64,000 bases of DNA from Somniosus microcephalus (GCA_052327205.1 CM126210.1:57350001-57414000); one strand, 5' to 3'; counted from the stretch's first letter, positions 35,791 through 49,282 are shown. The notes: a model not told the origin generated them from the letters alone. Numbers and translations: made by a program.

Positions 35791-36273
35791 AGATTATTGC
35801 TATTTCAAGACTGTCACAAGCTGCATCACAAGTGAGGAATAGCACATGGCCTTGAAGCCACAGATATTTGTAAAGTGGAAAGTAAATCAATGCCACATCT
35901 ACATAAACACTCACCATTTGGCAACAGTAATTTCTGAGGCCACATCCCCGATCGGAAGTATAGTGAGTATGGGACCCTTCCTTTCATAATCAACATTATT
36001 TCCATGCTGATCTAGATATGGCACATTGAACAGTTTTACCATTCAGGTCTAGATATGGCATGATGAACTTTATTGCATTCTTTCTGTGACAATCCAAAAC
36101 GTCTCTGTTATTCCTATTAATATTCAAATGATTGAATGGATTACAATGGTAACTTGCTCTAAAGTTGTGCTTCAGCTCACGTTATGTTCTCTGCTTTAGT
36201 TATATGTTTGATAGGGAATTTTTTTTTTCTGTTTACATTTTCTGTTTGGTTCTATTTATTCTGCCCAAACCAG

Positions 36274-36351
36274 AACGTCACTTAACACCAGTAAAACGTT
36301 GCCTCCAAAGATGCCATTACTGGTGAATGGTTTTCACCAAGACATATACAG
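36274..36351 (+). CDS. RIMS1: RIMS1 cassette exon, 78 nt, phase 2-2
   Basis: aaccAG|A ACG...TAC AG|GTAAGA; (R)TSLNTSKTLPPKMPLLVNGFHQDIY; KTLPPKMPLL is recalled from long human RIM1. Confidence 0.9.
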
Positions 36352-36469
36352 GTAAGAAGTTTAGATCACAAATATTACATTGCTCTGGGACACAGAAGGG
36401 AATAAATAATACAGTTAGCTTGTTATGATTTATGTAGTTTTAGTTGGTCTTCGGCCCAAGCTGTCAATT

Positions 36470-38500
36470 AATATACCGCAATACAATAAAACTAGATATA
36501 CTAATAGTACTAAACAGATTCCTGTGAGGGGGAAAGGAAGGGCATCCAAAGCTAGAGCTCCCTGCATGACGAAAGATATAGAGATTAAAACGAAACAGGA
36601 AAAGGAGGCTTATGATAAATGTCAGGTTCATAATACAGCAGAGAATCAAACTGAAAACAGATAGTAGAGGAGAACTGAAAAAGGAAATAAGAGGGGTAAA
36701 GAAAGTGTGTGAGGAAAGATTAGCGGGTAGCCTAATGGGGAACACTAAAGTCTTTTATAATCATATAAACATTAAAAGGATAATTAAAGGAAGGGTGGGG
36801 CCGATTAAGGACCAAAAAGAGATGATCTTGTGGAGGCAGAGGGCATGGCTGCGGTACTAAATGAGTACTTTGAATCTATCCTCACAAAACAAAATGATGC
36901 TGCCAATGTCATAGCAAAGGAGGAGGTAGTACAGAAACTGGATAGGATAAAAATAGATAGAGGAAGTACATAAAAAGTTGATAGTGCTCAAAGTAGATCC
37001 AGATGGAATGCAGCCTAGGTTACTGAGGGAAGTAAGGGTGTAAATATCGGAGGCTCTGGCCACAATCTTCCAATCCTCCTTGGATATGGGAGTGATGCCA
37101 GAGGACTGGAGGACTGCAAATGTTACACCCCTGTTCAAAAAAGGGGGAGAGGTATAAACCTGGTAAGTACAGGCCAGTCAGCCTAACGCCAGTGGTGGGA
37201 AAACTTTTAGAGCCAATAATCTGATGGATTAATAAATGAAAGCCAGTATGGATTGTTAAAGGCAAATCATGTCTGACAAATTTGATTGAGTCTTTCATGA
37301 AGTAACAGACAGGGGTAACAGACAGGGATAATGAGGTAGTGTGGTTGATGTGTATATGGACTTTCAAAATGCATTTGATAAAGTACCACATAATAGACTT
37401 ATTAGCAAAATTGAAGCCCATGGAATTAAAGGGACAGTGGCAGCGTGGATACAAAATTGGCTACGGATAGACAGCAGAGAGTAGTGGTGAGCGGTTATTT
37501 TTCAGACTGGAGGAAAGTATGCAGTGGTGTCCCCCAGGGGTCGGTATTAGGACCGCTGCTTTTTTTTTTGATATATATTAATGACCTGGACTTGGGCATA
37601 ATTTTGAAGTTTGCCGATCACCCGAAACTTGGAAATGTAGTAAATAGTGAGGCAGATAGTAGCAGACTTCAGCAGGACATAGACATACTAGTGAAATGGG
37701 CAGACACGTGGCAGCTGAAATTTAATGCAGAGAAGTGTGAAGTGATGCATTTAATAACGAAGAACAAGGAGAGACAATATAAACTAAATGGTACAATTTT
37801 AAAGAGGGTACAGGAACTAAAAGACCTGGGGTGTTTGTAGACACATTTTTAAGGTGGCAGATCACGTTGATCAGGCTGTTAAAAAAACATATGGGATCCT
37901 TTGCTTTATAACTAGAGGCATAGAGTACACAAGCAAGGAAGTTATGCCATACCTTTATAAATCTCTGGATAGGCCTCAGCTGGAGTATTATGTCCAATTC
38001 TGGGCACCACACTTTAGGAATGATGTCATGGCCTTGGAGAGTGTGCAGAGGATACTTAACAGTATGGTACCAGGGATGAGGAACTTCAGTTATGTGGACA
38101 GACTAGAGAAGCTGGGATTGTTCTTCGTAGAGCAGAAAAGGTTAAGGGGAGATTTAATAGAGGTGTTCAAAATTATTAGTGGTTATGATAAGAGAAACTG
38201 TTGCAGGAGGGTCTGTAACCAAAAGACACAGATTTAAAATAATTTGCAAAAGAGCCAGAGGGGAGATGAGAAAAATTTTTATGCAGTGAGTTGTTATGAT
38301 CTGGAATGCATTGCCTGAAATGATGGTGGAAGCAGATTCAATAGTAACTTTCAAAAGGGAACTGGATAAATACTTGAAAAGGGAAAATAAGCAGGGCTAT
38401 GGGGAAAGAGCAGGGTAGTGGGACTAATTGGATAGCTCTTTCAAAGAGCCGGCACAGGCATGATAGGCCAAATGGCCTCTTTCTGTACTGTAAGATTCTA
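36470..38500 (+). mobile_element. Long degraded CR1 LINE (second subfamily), sense orientation, ~120 bp after an exon
   Basis: DWRTANVTPLFKKG, YRPVSLT, SGVPQGSVLGP, KFAD, RPQLEY motifs with frameshifts; tail at ~38495. Confidence 0.93.
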
Positions 38501-39018
38501 TGGCCCCGTGGGGGATGGGGAGGGGGGCAGCGTTTCGGCCGGGAAACTCGGAATTTCCTCGCATGCTGTGGAGTTTTAACTCAACAGTGTGCGACTTTTT
38601 TTAACAGGATCCCCACCCGGAAGTCAGTCTGATTGACAGTCTTGGCTTCCAGTCAGGCCGCATCTGCAGATAAGGAGCCTGCAGCAGCTAGTGGGAGCAT
38701 GGGGGAGGTGTCTGATCCCCGACCCTGGTGTGTAAAGGTTTACCTTTTCTCTGAAGCTGTCTTCGCCTCCCTTGAGCTCTTGGGTTGCCTGAGGCCCCTG
38801 AACCCCGGCTGGCCACAGTTAAACCTACAAAGCAGATTAAATCCGAGGCTTCCAGCCTCAATTTCATATTTACAGTGCCAACAAACCCTCCTGGGAGCGG
38901 GTTGGCTGCCCGCCCCCGTCCCACATCCATTAAAACCAGAAGTGGGTTGGTGGGATTTTTAACACTTTAACCTCCCACCGACCCAAACCTGCCCACTTTC
39001 TGAGGTTAAAATTCCCCC
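38500..39018. mobile_element. Harbinger-type MITE, homologous to 55457-56149
   Basis: Shared cgcatg.tgtggag, tgattgacag, gccacagttaaacct; ends ggttaaaattccccc. Confidence 0.75.
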
Positions 39019-39869
39019 ATAGAGTAAGACTTGTTAGGAAGCTTGGAGCACTTTTCCTCAGGCTGTCATGGAACAATGCACAGAGCAGTCGCTGTGCAGA
39101 CTTTGCTCCCATTTTGGACGTAAGTTGAATATTTACCTCTGTTTTTATATTATAACTGCTTTAAGCGTATGCTGCTGTGGTGGAATTTGTCCACAATGAC
39201 CTGACAGTTAAGTTTAATAAAACACGAAAAAAATGATTGAGACAAAGAAGGAGACTCTTGGTTTGCTGTTAATACTGTATGCTCGTATGTGGTATCTAAT
39301 TACTTTAAGTACGTGCAAAGGATTCACCTTGTAAAAGGTTTAGCTAGCAGAGGGGTGATCGGGGGGGAGTGGAAGAGGGGTCCAGGTAAGTATGGAAGGG
39401 GGGGTTCAGGTGGGCAGGTGGTGTCAGGGTTGCAGGGTTCGAGGGTGTAATGTGGGTGGGCACAAACAGGTTATGTATGCCTGAGCACCAGGACCGAGGC
39501 CAGACCACACAGGGTCAATGGGAAGTGTCAGTAAAAGGGAGGCCAGAGCTGCTGGTTCAAGAAGTTAAGTGCCAATTTTACAGCACTCCTTGTAAAAGAT
39601 TTTAGTTGTGTCATGTTAGTGCCATATTATAACAACAGGATAAGATACTTCATAAAGTCTGCACAGAGAAATATAAGCGTTACAGTCAGTGACATTATGG
39701 CCCCTTAAGGTTCCTTCTCATCAGTTACTTCAGGTCAGGTATAATCTTACGAAGGCTCCAATTCATCTGGCTAACACATACGTTTCTCTCTCTCAGCATC
39801 CTGGACAATATGCATCCTGACTTCAGTCAATCTGGCAGCTGTGCTATTTACAAAGAAAGCAAGGGTTTC

Positions 39870-40262
39870 ATTCCAAGTCCATTATTTTAGTCTTTAAAAC
39901 AAGTATAAAAAGCCCAAAATCCTTCACTTGCCGGCCTCCCCTCTGCCGATCATGGCCTCTCTCTCCGCCCTGCCACGATTGCGGCCGACCCCCTCTCCCA
40001 CTCCCCGCCAAGCTCCGATCTCTCACTCTCTCCCCCCCTTCTGATTGGTGGGGGACTGTCCACAAGGGTGTCTGGGTGCAGCCTCCTGCCGCTGGTTTCC
40101 TGCCTGCCAGCCATGTCAATTTGGCCGGTTGCTAGGCAGGTAACAGAAGAACAAAATTATAATGAGGTCCTGCCATTAAATTCGGCAGGATCTCCATGTC
40201 CCTGGCCCTGCCGGGTTTTCCCCATGCTACCCCGCACCTCCGCACCCACCCCGTAAATATTG
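39870..40262. mobile_element. GC-rich MITE-like fragment
   Basis: GC-rich segment with a subterminal motif (aatgaggtcctgccattaaa, ccccg...taaatatt) like the other MITEs. Confidence 0.5.
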
Positions 40263-40264
40263 GA

Positions 40265-40382
40265 GTTTCCCAAATTACAACAGTGACTACACTCCAAAAG
40301 TACTTCATTGGCTGTAAAGCGCTTTAAGACGTCCGGTGGTCGTGAAAGGTGCTATAGAAATGCGAGCCTGTCTTTCTTTTCT
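40265..40382 (+). mobile_element. 3' tail of Deu-domain SINE / L2 type
   Basis: attacaacagtgactacact..gctgtaaagcgcttt..gaaaggtgctata matches the tail of 43870-44327. Confidence 0.8.
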
Positions 40383-40489
40383 CTATATTGTCCACGACTG
40401 TGAGGCTTACATTTCTCTGTGTAGACCTTGTGAAATATTTTATCCTGCTGTTATACTATGGCACTAAAATGACATGACCACCATTTTAA

Positions 40490-40830
40490 GAATGCTGCCC
40501 TTTTAATGTAGAAAAACATCTCAAAATGCTTCATAGAGCTTTAAGAAAAGGAAATGGATGGCAAGCCAAAGAAGGAAATATTGGAGGAGGCGGGTGGCAA
40601 AATGTTTGGTCAGGGAGGTGGGTTTTAAAGGAGGTGGAGAGGCAGTAGTGTTTAGGGAGGGAATTCCAGAGTGTGGAGCCTAGGTGGCTTAAGGCACAGC
40701 CACAGCTGACGTGAAGGGATGGGGAATGCATAAGACGCCAGAGTCAGAGGAATAGAGAGTTCATGGGGGAGGGGTGGGGAGGATTGTAGCGCAAAAGGTG
40801 CTTACAGAGATAGGGATAAGCCATGGAAAA
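40490..40830 (-). mobile_element. L2 LINE 3' fragment
   Basis: Reverse strand reads LWNSLP; similar to 32350-32700. Confidence 0.7.
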
Positions 40831-41475
40831 GAGCATTGGGCAACATAGCATCCACGACTAGAGTTCATCTTTTCCCAGCACCTTTAAACTGTGGAATTCC
40901 TTACTCCCTCAATCTTTACTTTCTTTTGGAATGTACACTTTTTAAGTGTCATTTAATCTATATTTTTTGATGTAGCCAATTTTTTTGTTGCTGTTTTCAA
41001 CCTTCCCTTATGGACCTTGTTCCTCAATTAGATTTCTTAATAATCAAAAAAACACTCAGCCCATTTGTAAAAAAGGGACACAACTGTTGCCTATCAATCA
41101 CTTACTGTTTTATGCACCAACTTTATCAGAGGGGAACTATTTCCAATACAGTCAATTTTTTTCATTAATAACTTTTTCATTGCATTTCTAGTAAAAATGA
41201 AACATAAAACACCAATTTTATCCCTAGGGAGCTCAAACAATTACTGATTACATTTATGATTATTTTAATTTATTCAATTGATTTGCTTTCTGTTGGAATG
41301 TATTTAACATGTCTTTTATTACTTTTCTAGATGCTATTGTAATGCTTCATAATGCTGGTTAATTATTTTACGATATTTGATCTTTTGTTTCTAATTTATG
41401 ATGCATTATTATTATATGTATCTGCATGAATTAATAATTTGCTTGTAACATTTAATTTTCAAACTGCTTCTGAAG

Positions 41476-41571
41476 CTCCACTTTGCCTGCCTGCATTAAA
41501 CCCAGCATTAGACAGGACAGTTCTCAGACACGGGAATCACGGATACTGTCATTTACAGAACTCTTGGTTAG
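41476..41571 (+). CDS. RIMS1: RIMS1 cassette exon, 96 nt, phase 2-2 (weak AAG acceptor)
   Basis: ttctgaAG|C TCC...GTT AG|GTAAGA; (S)STLPACIKPSIRQDSSQTRESRILSFTELLV resembles RIM1 SSILPAHTKTKSVTRQD...LRFTDEILV. Confidence 0.85.
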
Positions 41572-41789
41572 GTAAGAAGGGTTGAAAGTGTCTGGATGTC
41601 TGTCCAGTCACTTTCCTGGTGCTCATCGGCAGGACAAGAAATAGAACTTTGTTAGGTTCCTCGTGGCTGAGTTTAACGATGCCTTTTTAAAGAGCGAGTT
41701 GATACGTGATAAAAAATCAAACTATTTAAAAGATTGACCATCGTATGACTCTTGCTGTATGGCACTCAACTGAGCAGACCAAGAAACTC

Positions 41790-42540
41790 TACATAGGAAC
41801 AGGAGTAGGCCATTCAGCCCTCGAGCCTGTTCCACCATTCATTTAGACCATGGCTGATCTGTATCTTAACTCCATCTACCCGCCTTGATTTCATATCCCT
41901 TAATACCCGTGCCTAACAAAAATCTATCAATCTCAGTTTTGAAATTTTCAATTGACCCCCAGCCTCAACAGCTTTTTGGGGAGTTCCAGATTTCCACTAC
42001 CCTTTGTGTGAAGAACTGTTTCCTGACATAACCCATGTACGGCCCAGCTGTAATTTTAAGGTTATGCCCCCTTGTTCTGGTCTTCCCCACCAGAGGAAAT
42101 AGTTTCTCTCTCTCTACCCTATCGAACCCTTTTAATCATCTTAAACACCTCAATTATATCACCCCTTAATATTCTATACTCAAGGGAATGCAAATCTAGT
42201 CTATGCAACCTGTCCTCATAATTTAACCCTTTTAGCCCCGGTATCATTCTGGTGAATCTGCGCTGCACCCTCTCTAAGGTTAATATATCCTTCCTGAGGT
42301 GCGGTGCCCAGAACTGAATGCAGTACCTAAGATGCGGTCTAACCAGAGCTTTATACAACTGTAGCATAACTTCCACCCCTTTGTATTCCAGCCCCCTTAA
42401 GGTGAACACTAACAATCCATTAGCCTTTTAAAATTATTTTTGTCCCTGTCCATTAGTTTTTAGTGATTTTTGTACATGGGCCCCTAAATATTTCTGCACC
42501 TCCATGGTGCCTAGTTTCACACCAATTAGAAAAACTCCCA
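41790..42540 (-). mobile_element. CR1 LINE 3' fragment
   Basis: ORF 42119-42415; tail acataggaacaggagtaggcc; same subfamily as 23041. Confidence 0.92.
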
Positions 42541-43171
42541 GGTCTGTGCTGATTTAGCTTCTCTCCAATGGCCAATGGTAGGATTCTGCAACTGGTTTTA
42601 CATAGCTTGCTTGGAGATGGAGTAAATCAGCCAGAGATCCTGATTGATGCTTGCCCAGTCTCTGTTGTTGGGAAGTGTTGTTGGGCAAGGATGTCATACG
42701 GTTCAGCTGTAATATGTGATGGTTGATTAGCCTACCAAAACTCATTGTCCAAGTTCACATATCAAGAATGACCACTTAGTTGGGGTCCTTTAGTGCTTCT
42801 GGTGCCCATGGAAATGCACTCCAAATGAACCAGTGTCTTTGGGGGACAACTGCGAAAGAAAGAAACTTTACCAACTTTAATTTTTTGTCAACATTTTTAT
42901 TTTACGAGTGTTTTTCCTTAAGCAGTAAATGCAAATTGGGGGAACTAGACAAGCAGTATTCAACCTGAAGTATGGGTCATCTGAAGTACTATTCCTGCTG
43001 ATACAATCCTTAACCTAAGGTGTTCCAGTAGCTTTGCCACTGTAGCTGTGTGAGTCTGCTAAGCCTCACAAGATCAAGGCAAGGTAACTTCTTTAAACTT
43101 GTTCCCTAATTATGTTAACAACATGTAAGATTTATCAAAAATATTTTAAAATAGAGAAAAATAAAAGGTTG

Positions 43172-43585
43172 ATCATAGAAGAGTACAGCACCATTTGGCC
43201 CATCGAGTCTGCACCAGCCCTTTCGAAGAGCAATCCAGTTACTCCCACGCCCCCACTCTTTCCCTATACCCCTGCAATTTTTCTCCTTGAAGTATTTATC
43301 CAATTCCCTTTTGAAGGCTACTATTGAAACTGTTTCCACCACCCTATCAGGCAGTGCATTCCAAATCCTAACCACTCGTTGCGTAAAAAAGTTTTTCCTC
43401 ATGTTGCCTCTGGTTCTTTTGCCAATCACCTTAAATCTGTGCCCTCTAGTTATTGACCCTTCAGCCATTGGAAACAGTTTCTCTTTTATTCACTCTATCT
43501 AAACCCTTCATGATTTTAAACACCTCTTTCAAATCTCCTCTTAGCCTACTCTGCTCGAAGGAGAACAACCCCAGCGTCTCCATTG
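43172..43585 (-). mobile_element. CR1 LINE 3' fragment (second subfamily)
   Basis: TRGHRFKVIGKRTRG..FFTQRVVRIWNALP. Confidence 0.92.
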
Positions 43586-43869
43586 TTATTTTAAACTTAT
43601 TTTCAAAAGGATTGTGAAAGTGAAACACCTTCAAACATTGCCATGACTCGATCTTCAGGACGATGTTTCATAAAGTATGGAATTAGATAAACCTAAATAT
43701 TTCAGAATTATTTCTTTCATAAAATAAAGAGGCAAGCAGTCATATATGTTAACTGAAGCATAAGCAGTGTATCCCCAGTAGGCCATCAGTAAATATATTT
43801 CATAAATCGATGTTCGATAGATGGCACATCAATATAATTTGTGTAAAACATTTTTGAAATGGAAAGAAG

Positions 43870-44327
43870 AAAGAATGAAAGAACTTGCACTGATATAGTG
43901 CCTTTTGTGTCCTCAGGACGCCCCAAACCACTTTCCAGCTAATTGCATAGCTTTTGAAGTACAGTCACTGTTGTAATGTAGGAAATGCGGAAGAAAATTT
44001 GCATCACAGCAAGGTCCCACAAACAGCAAAGAAATAATGACAAGATACTCTGTTTTCTAGTGATATAGGTTGAGGGATAAATATTTGCCAGGATACCAAG
44101 AGAACTCCTTTGCTCTTCTTTGAATAATGCCACGGGACCTTTTACGTCCACCTGAGAGGGCAGATGGGACTTCGGTTTAACGACTCATCCAAAAGACGGC
44201 ATCTCCAACAGTGCAGCACTCTCTCTGACCTGCACTGAAGTGTCAGCCTAAATTATGTGCTCCGGTCTGCAGTGAGGCTTGAACCCACGACCTTCTGACT
44301 CGGAGACGAGAATGCAACCACCGGAGC
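43870..44327 (-). mobile_element. Full-length Deu-domain SINE (SacSINE1/AmnSINE1-type): tRNA head, Deu core, L2-type tail
   Basis: Reverse strand has B-box GGTTCAAGCC and Deu core gtgctgcactgttggagatgccgtcttttggatgag..ttaaaccga..ctctcaggtggacgtaaaagg. Confidence 0.85.
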
Positions 44328-46350
44328 AGTCAGTGATGAAGAGGATACTGTCAGAATTTGTGGGAATATAGTCAGTGATGGAGAGGATACTGTCAGGGTT
44401 GGTGGGGATATAGTCAGTGATTGGTGGGAATACAGTCAGTGATTGGAGGGAATACAGTCAGTGTTTGCAGGAAATACAGTCAGTGTTGGGGAATACAGTC
44501 AGTGTTGGGGATACAGTCAGTGTTGGGGAATACAGTCAGTGTTGGGGAATACAGTCAGTGTTGGGGAATACAGTCAGTGTTGGGGATACAGTCAGTGTTG
44601 GGGAATACAGTCAGTGTTGGGGAATACAGTCAGTGTTGGGGATACAGTCAGTGTTGGGGAATACAGTCGGTGTTGGGGAATACAGTCGGTATTGGGGAAT
44701 ACAGTCGGTGTTGGGGAATACAGTCAGTGTTGGGGAATACAGTCAGTGTTGGGGAATACAGTCAGTGTTGGGGAATACAGTCAGTGTTGGGGAATACAGT
44801 CAGTGTTGGGGAATACAGTCAGTGTTGGGGGTTCCGTCAGTGTTGGGGATACGGTCAGTGTTGGGAAATACAGTCAGTGTTGGGAAATACAGTCAGTGTT
44901 GGGGATACAGTCAGTGTTGGGGAATACAGTCAGTGTTGGGGAATACAGTCAGTGTTGGGGGATACAGTCAGTGTTGGGGAATACAGTCAATGTTGGGGAA
45001 TACAGTCAGTGTTGGGGAATACAGTCAGTGTTGGGGGATACAGTCAGTGTTGGGGAATACAGTCAGTGTTGAGGAATACAGTCAGTGTTGGGGATACAGT
45101 CAGTGTTGGGGAATACAGTCAGTGTTGGGGATACAGTCAGTGTTGGGGGTACAGCCAGTGTTGGGGGTACAGTCAGTGTTGGGGAATACAGTCAGTGTTG
45201 GGGATACAATCAGTGTTGGGGATACAGTCAGTGTTGGGGAATACAGTCAGTGTTGGGGAATACAGTCAGTGTTGGGGATACAGTCAGTGTTGGGGATACA
45301 GTCAGTGTTGGGGATACAGTCAGTGTTGGGGAATACAGTCAGTGTTGGGGAATACAGTCAGTGTTGGGAAATACAGTCAGTGTTGGGGATACAGTCAGTG
45401 TTGGGGAATACAGTCAGTGTTGGGAATACAGTCAGTGTTGGGGAATACAGTCAGTATTGGGAATACAGTCAGTGTTGGGGATACAATCAGTGTTGGGGAT
45501 ACAGTCAGTGTTGGGGAATACAGTCAGTGTTGGGGAATACAGTCAGTGTTGGGGATACAGTCAGTGTTGGGGAATACAGTCAGTGTTGGGGATACAGTCA
45601 GTGTTGGGGAATACAGTCAGTGTTGGGAAATACAGTCTGTTGGGGATACAGTCAGTGTTGGGGAATACAGTCAGTGTTGGGAATACAGTCAGTGTTGGGG
45701 GATACAGTCAGTGTTGGGGATACAGTCAGTGTTGGGGATACAGTCAGTGTTGGGGAATACAGTCAGTGTTGGGGAATACAGTCAGTGTTGGGGAATACAG
45801 TCAGTGTTGGGGATACAGTCAGTGTTGGAGATACAGTCAGTGTTGGGGAATATAGTCAGTGTTGTGGATACAGTCAGTGTTGGGGATACAGTCAGTGTTG
45901 GGGAATACAGTCAGTGTTGGGAAATACAGTCAGTGTTGGGAATACAGTCAGTGTTGGGGGATACAGTCAGTGTTGGGGATACAGTCAGTGTTGGGGGATA
46001 CAGTCAGTGTTGGGGAATACAGTCAGTTTTGGGGAATAAAGTCAGTGTTGGGGATACAGTCAGTGTTGGGGAATACAGTCAGTGTTGGGGAATACAGTCA
46101 GTGTTGGGGATACAGTCAGTGTTGGGAAATACAGTCAGTGTTGGGGAATACAGTCAGTATTGGGGATACAGTCAGTGTTGGGGAATACAGTCAGTGTTGG
46201 GGAATACAGTCAGTGTTGGGGAATGCAGTCAGTGTTGGGGAATACAGTCAGTGTTGGGGAATACAGTCAATGTTGGGGATACAGTCAGTGTTGGGGAATA
46301 CAGTCAGTGATTGGAGGAAATAATGCCCGTAAAGGAGAGAATACTGTCAT
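44328..46350 (+). repeat. Minisatellite with 18/19-bp unit GGGGA(A)TACAGTCAGTGTT, roughly 100 copies
   Basis: Directly visible; homogeneous core ~44470-46310 with degenerate units at both edges. Confidence 0.98.
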
Positions 46351-46402
46351 GAATAGGATCAAATTCAATTCAAGCTAACAGTCACTAGATCACAAACATA
46401 TC

Positions 46403-47111
46403 GGCCCAGAAATTCGGGTCGGGGGCTTCCCGCGGGTGTAAGCCTCCGACCTGCACTTACCTAGCGCGCCGGCCGTTGAGCTGTGGGCCCGCGTGGGATT
46501 CCGATCCTGGGCCTGCTCCAACTGCCGGCACGCAGTGCTTGCATATCCCAGGGGCACAGTTAGTTCGATGCGTCCCCTGGGATCACGTGGGCCATGGGGA
46601 GCTAATCAGAGCAGGGAAATGCCCATTCATAAGTTTGACAGGAAGAGCTGTCAAAACTTAGAAATACTACGGGCCCCAAAACATCACCAATCTTCAAATA
46701 AATTTTTTTTAATCACTTTTTAAATAAACTATAAATTACATGAAATACATTTTTTAAACAATAATTTAAATTTTTGAAAAAAATAATTTTATTTTCTAAC
46801 GGGGCTAAACATAAACTTAATTAATTTTAATTAATTCACCAATTACTTTGTAAAAAGCAGGCCTTACGCCTGCTTTTTAAATGTGTAACTTCTGGAGACT
46901 TACGCTCCCGGGAAAACTGTAAAAAAAAAAAGTTCGATGTGCACGCGCAGCCTCTCCCGTGCATGCGTTCGACCTCTGAACCCCTTTGTTCAGGGGAACG
47001 GAAGTGCCGGTTTCCCGCGCATGCGCAGTGCATGCAGGAAACCGGCACTTCCATTGGGTCTACGGGTGAGTACCCCGTGCGTACTCACCCGTGGAGACCC
47101 GAAGTTGTGGC
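46403..47111. mobile_element. Multi-hairpin MITE, copy B
   Basis: TIR GGCCCAGAAATTCGGGTC / GACCCGAAGTTGTGGC; colinear with 3202-3969. Confidence 0.85.
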
Positions 47112-48254
47112 AAAGTATTACATAGTCAGTTTCAGAACTGGAACTTTTCATTTTCTGCTTTTTGCCAAGTCATTGGCTCTTTGGTGAGCTACAACTCTGT
47201 CATTGCTGCATTTCATTGTAAAAGGCTGGTGACATAACATAGTATGTAGATTTGTTCAGAAGAGGGTTCAGATTCCTTTGTGTGCTCATTTTAGAGCATT
47301 GTGTTTGTCAAACCCTTGTGTGCTGTATTTTAGTGATGTTTTTGGCCTGTTTTAAACTAAACATGTTAATGATGCTCAAATGGGAACAAGTTAACCACTG
47401 TTCAAGGGGAATTTCCCCTTGGAGAGATTATGCAAACCATAGCTTTAGGAAAAGTTAATACAAATATTTCGATAAGGTACCCACTCACAAACATTGATAC
47501 TCTAGGGGAAACCAAAATGATAGAAGCCTGTAATGTTTTCATTTTAATATATAGAACATAAGCTCTTGTTAGTCCATTTAAGTCCTGATCCTTGACATTT
47601 TGCAGTGCTCAGTAGTTTGTTGATGAATAGATTAATTAACAAACTGCACCAACTAGATTTAACTTTCCCAAACCCTAGCAGGAATGGCTGCCGCCCTTTC
47701 AGCAGACCCAAGTGTGTTTCTGTAGTTCACAAAAAGCTCAGCAGCCCAGTGGCAGATCCTGAAATAGGACAGTTTGGGGTTGAGCAAAGATAGTGATATT
47801 TTTCAAAGTTAAAATCACCCAAATCAAACTGTCACTTTTTATGTGATCCTGCTGCATCTTGTGCAGTCACAGACAGCAATCACTGGCATGCCAATTGCGA
47901 ACCATGTAACCATGCCACCACTCACTCACTGCACACTCCACCAAGCACACCAACTCCTGCTCATGATATTGAATTGTGCTAATGAAAGGGTTAATACCGC
48001 TGTGTATAACATTATCAAATGATTGTCAAAGATTGCTTTAACTGTGTCATGATTCTGTTTTTTGACTGAATTGTTTTAACATTCATCGTGCCAACTTTCC
48101 AGCATTTTTGAATGATTGAAATCATAACTGTTCTGTATCATGTTTTTAAAAGTGCATTGCCTTTATGATTTACGATCTAACATTATATTCCTTCTTTGTT
48201 TTCCTTTCCTGTCCTCTTTCTCTTCCACCATTGGATACCATGTACTGGCATTAG

Positions 48255-48344
48255 TGAGATACAGCACTCTCTTGACAGGGCTAGGAGTGCTAGCACCAAC
48301 TGTTTGAGACCAGATACTAGTTTACAGTCACCAGACCGAGACAG
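48255..48344 (+). CDS. RIMS1: RIMS1 cassette exon, 90 nt, phase 2-2
   Basis: cattAG|T GAG...GAC AG|GTatat; (S)EIQHSLDRARSASTNCLRPDTSLQSPDRD. Confidence 0.95.
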
Positions 48345-48854
48345 GTATATCCAACCCTTTTTTATCCTTGTCATCTGTGCTGATGATTCCATGTTTCTTT
48401 AGCTATGACCCTGTAGGATTCTTGGATTTGTGTCATGTTCACACTATAACAGTGTTTACAATGTTTTCTGCCCTTTTGCTTAGGCGAATCCTCAGGCCTG
48501 AACCATTTTAACCTCTTGCATTTCTTTTGCATTGAGTGCTTGCCATTTCAGTAGCGTTGGCTTCCCTTGCTTTACATTTTCTTATTCCAGTCTCGCGATT
48601 GTGCCTGTGGAGAGCTTTTCATATGTTGACGGTGGTACTGTATGTCATCATTCAGAGACTAGAGTTTAAAAATCATAATAGGAACTGGAAATTGAAACTT
48701 CGCTTTAAACATATTCTATCACCTTATTGCCCTGACAGTTCTCTTAGAATTAAAAGGGAGAGTAAATCCTTCTTGTTTCTGTCCCATGTATTTAACCGGG
48801 TTTCTCAGATACGTTTTAAAAAGATTTGGTCCATAATCGCTTTTGGGCCTGTTG

Positions 48855-49165
48855 GGTTAACCATCCAATGTGATACTGAGCTACACAAAGTCCCAGGCTC
48901 CATCCTTGGTCTGCACTTAGCTGATCTCAGTTGAGGCAGCATTAGTCAGGTCTCCCGCTCCCGATTGCTGTCTCTTTACCCCTGCTGGGAAGTATTTGTG
49001 TGTGTGTGGGCATCAGGTGAAGACGGAATGGGGGTGTAATGTTCAGAAGTTCAATAGCCTACTCACACTCACACTCACTGCCTAGCCTCACAAATTCAGA
49101 ATGGCCATTTATTCGTCGCACCAATGAGTGGCTGGCACTTGTGAAACTGGAGCCTGGTGAGAGTC
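48855..49165 (+). mobile_element. Ancient tRNA-derived SINE (AmnSINE2-like by recall)
   Basis: gtcccaggctccatccttggtctg..ttagctgatctcag..acccctgctgg..gaatggcca. Confidence 0.7.
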
Positions 49166-49282
49166 AATGGCAGGGAATTTCCGCGAGGTGCTCTTGATCT
49201 CCCATCATAACTCTGGCGGAAACCCTGCAGAAATGGCCTAAACAGGCTGCCAATCCAATCGCATCTGTTTCCCACTGGGCGA

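Noticed and set aside
44417-46378. Long ORFs of 540 and 629 aa with GIQSVL/EYSQCW repeats
   Set aside because: By-product of a nearly stop-free 18/19-bp minisatellite, open in all three forward frames; not a gene
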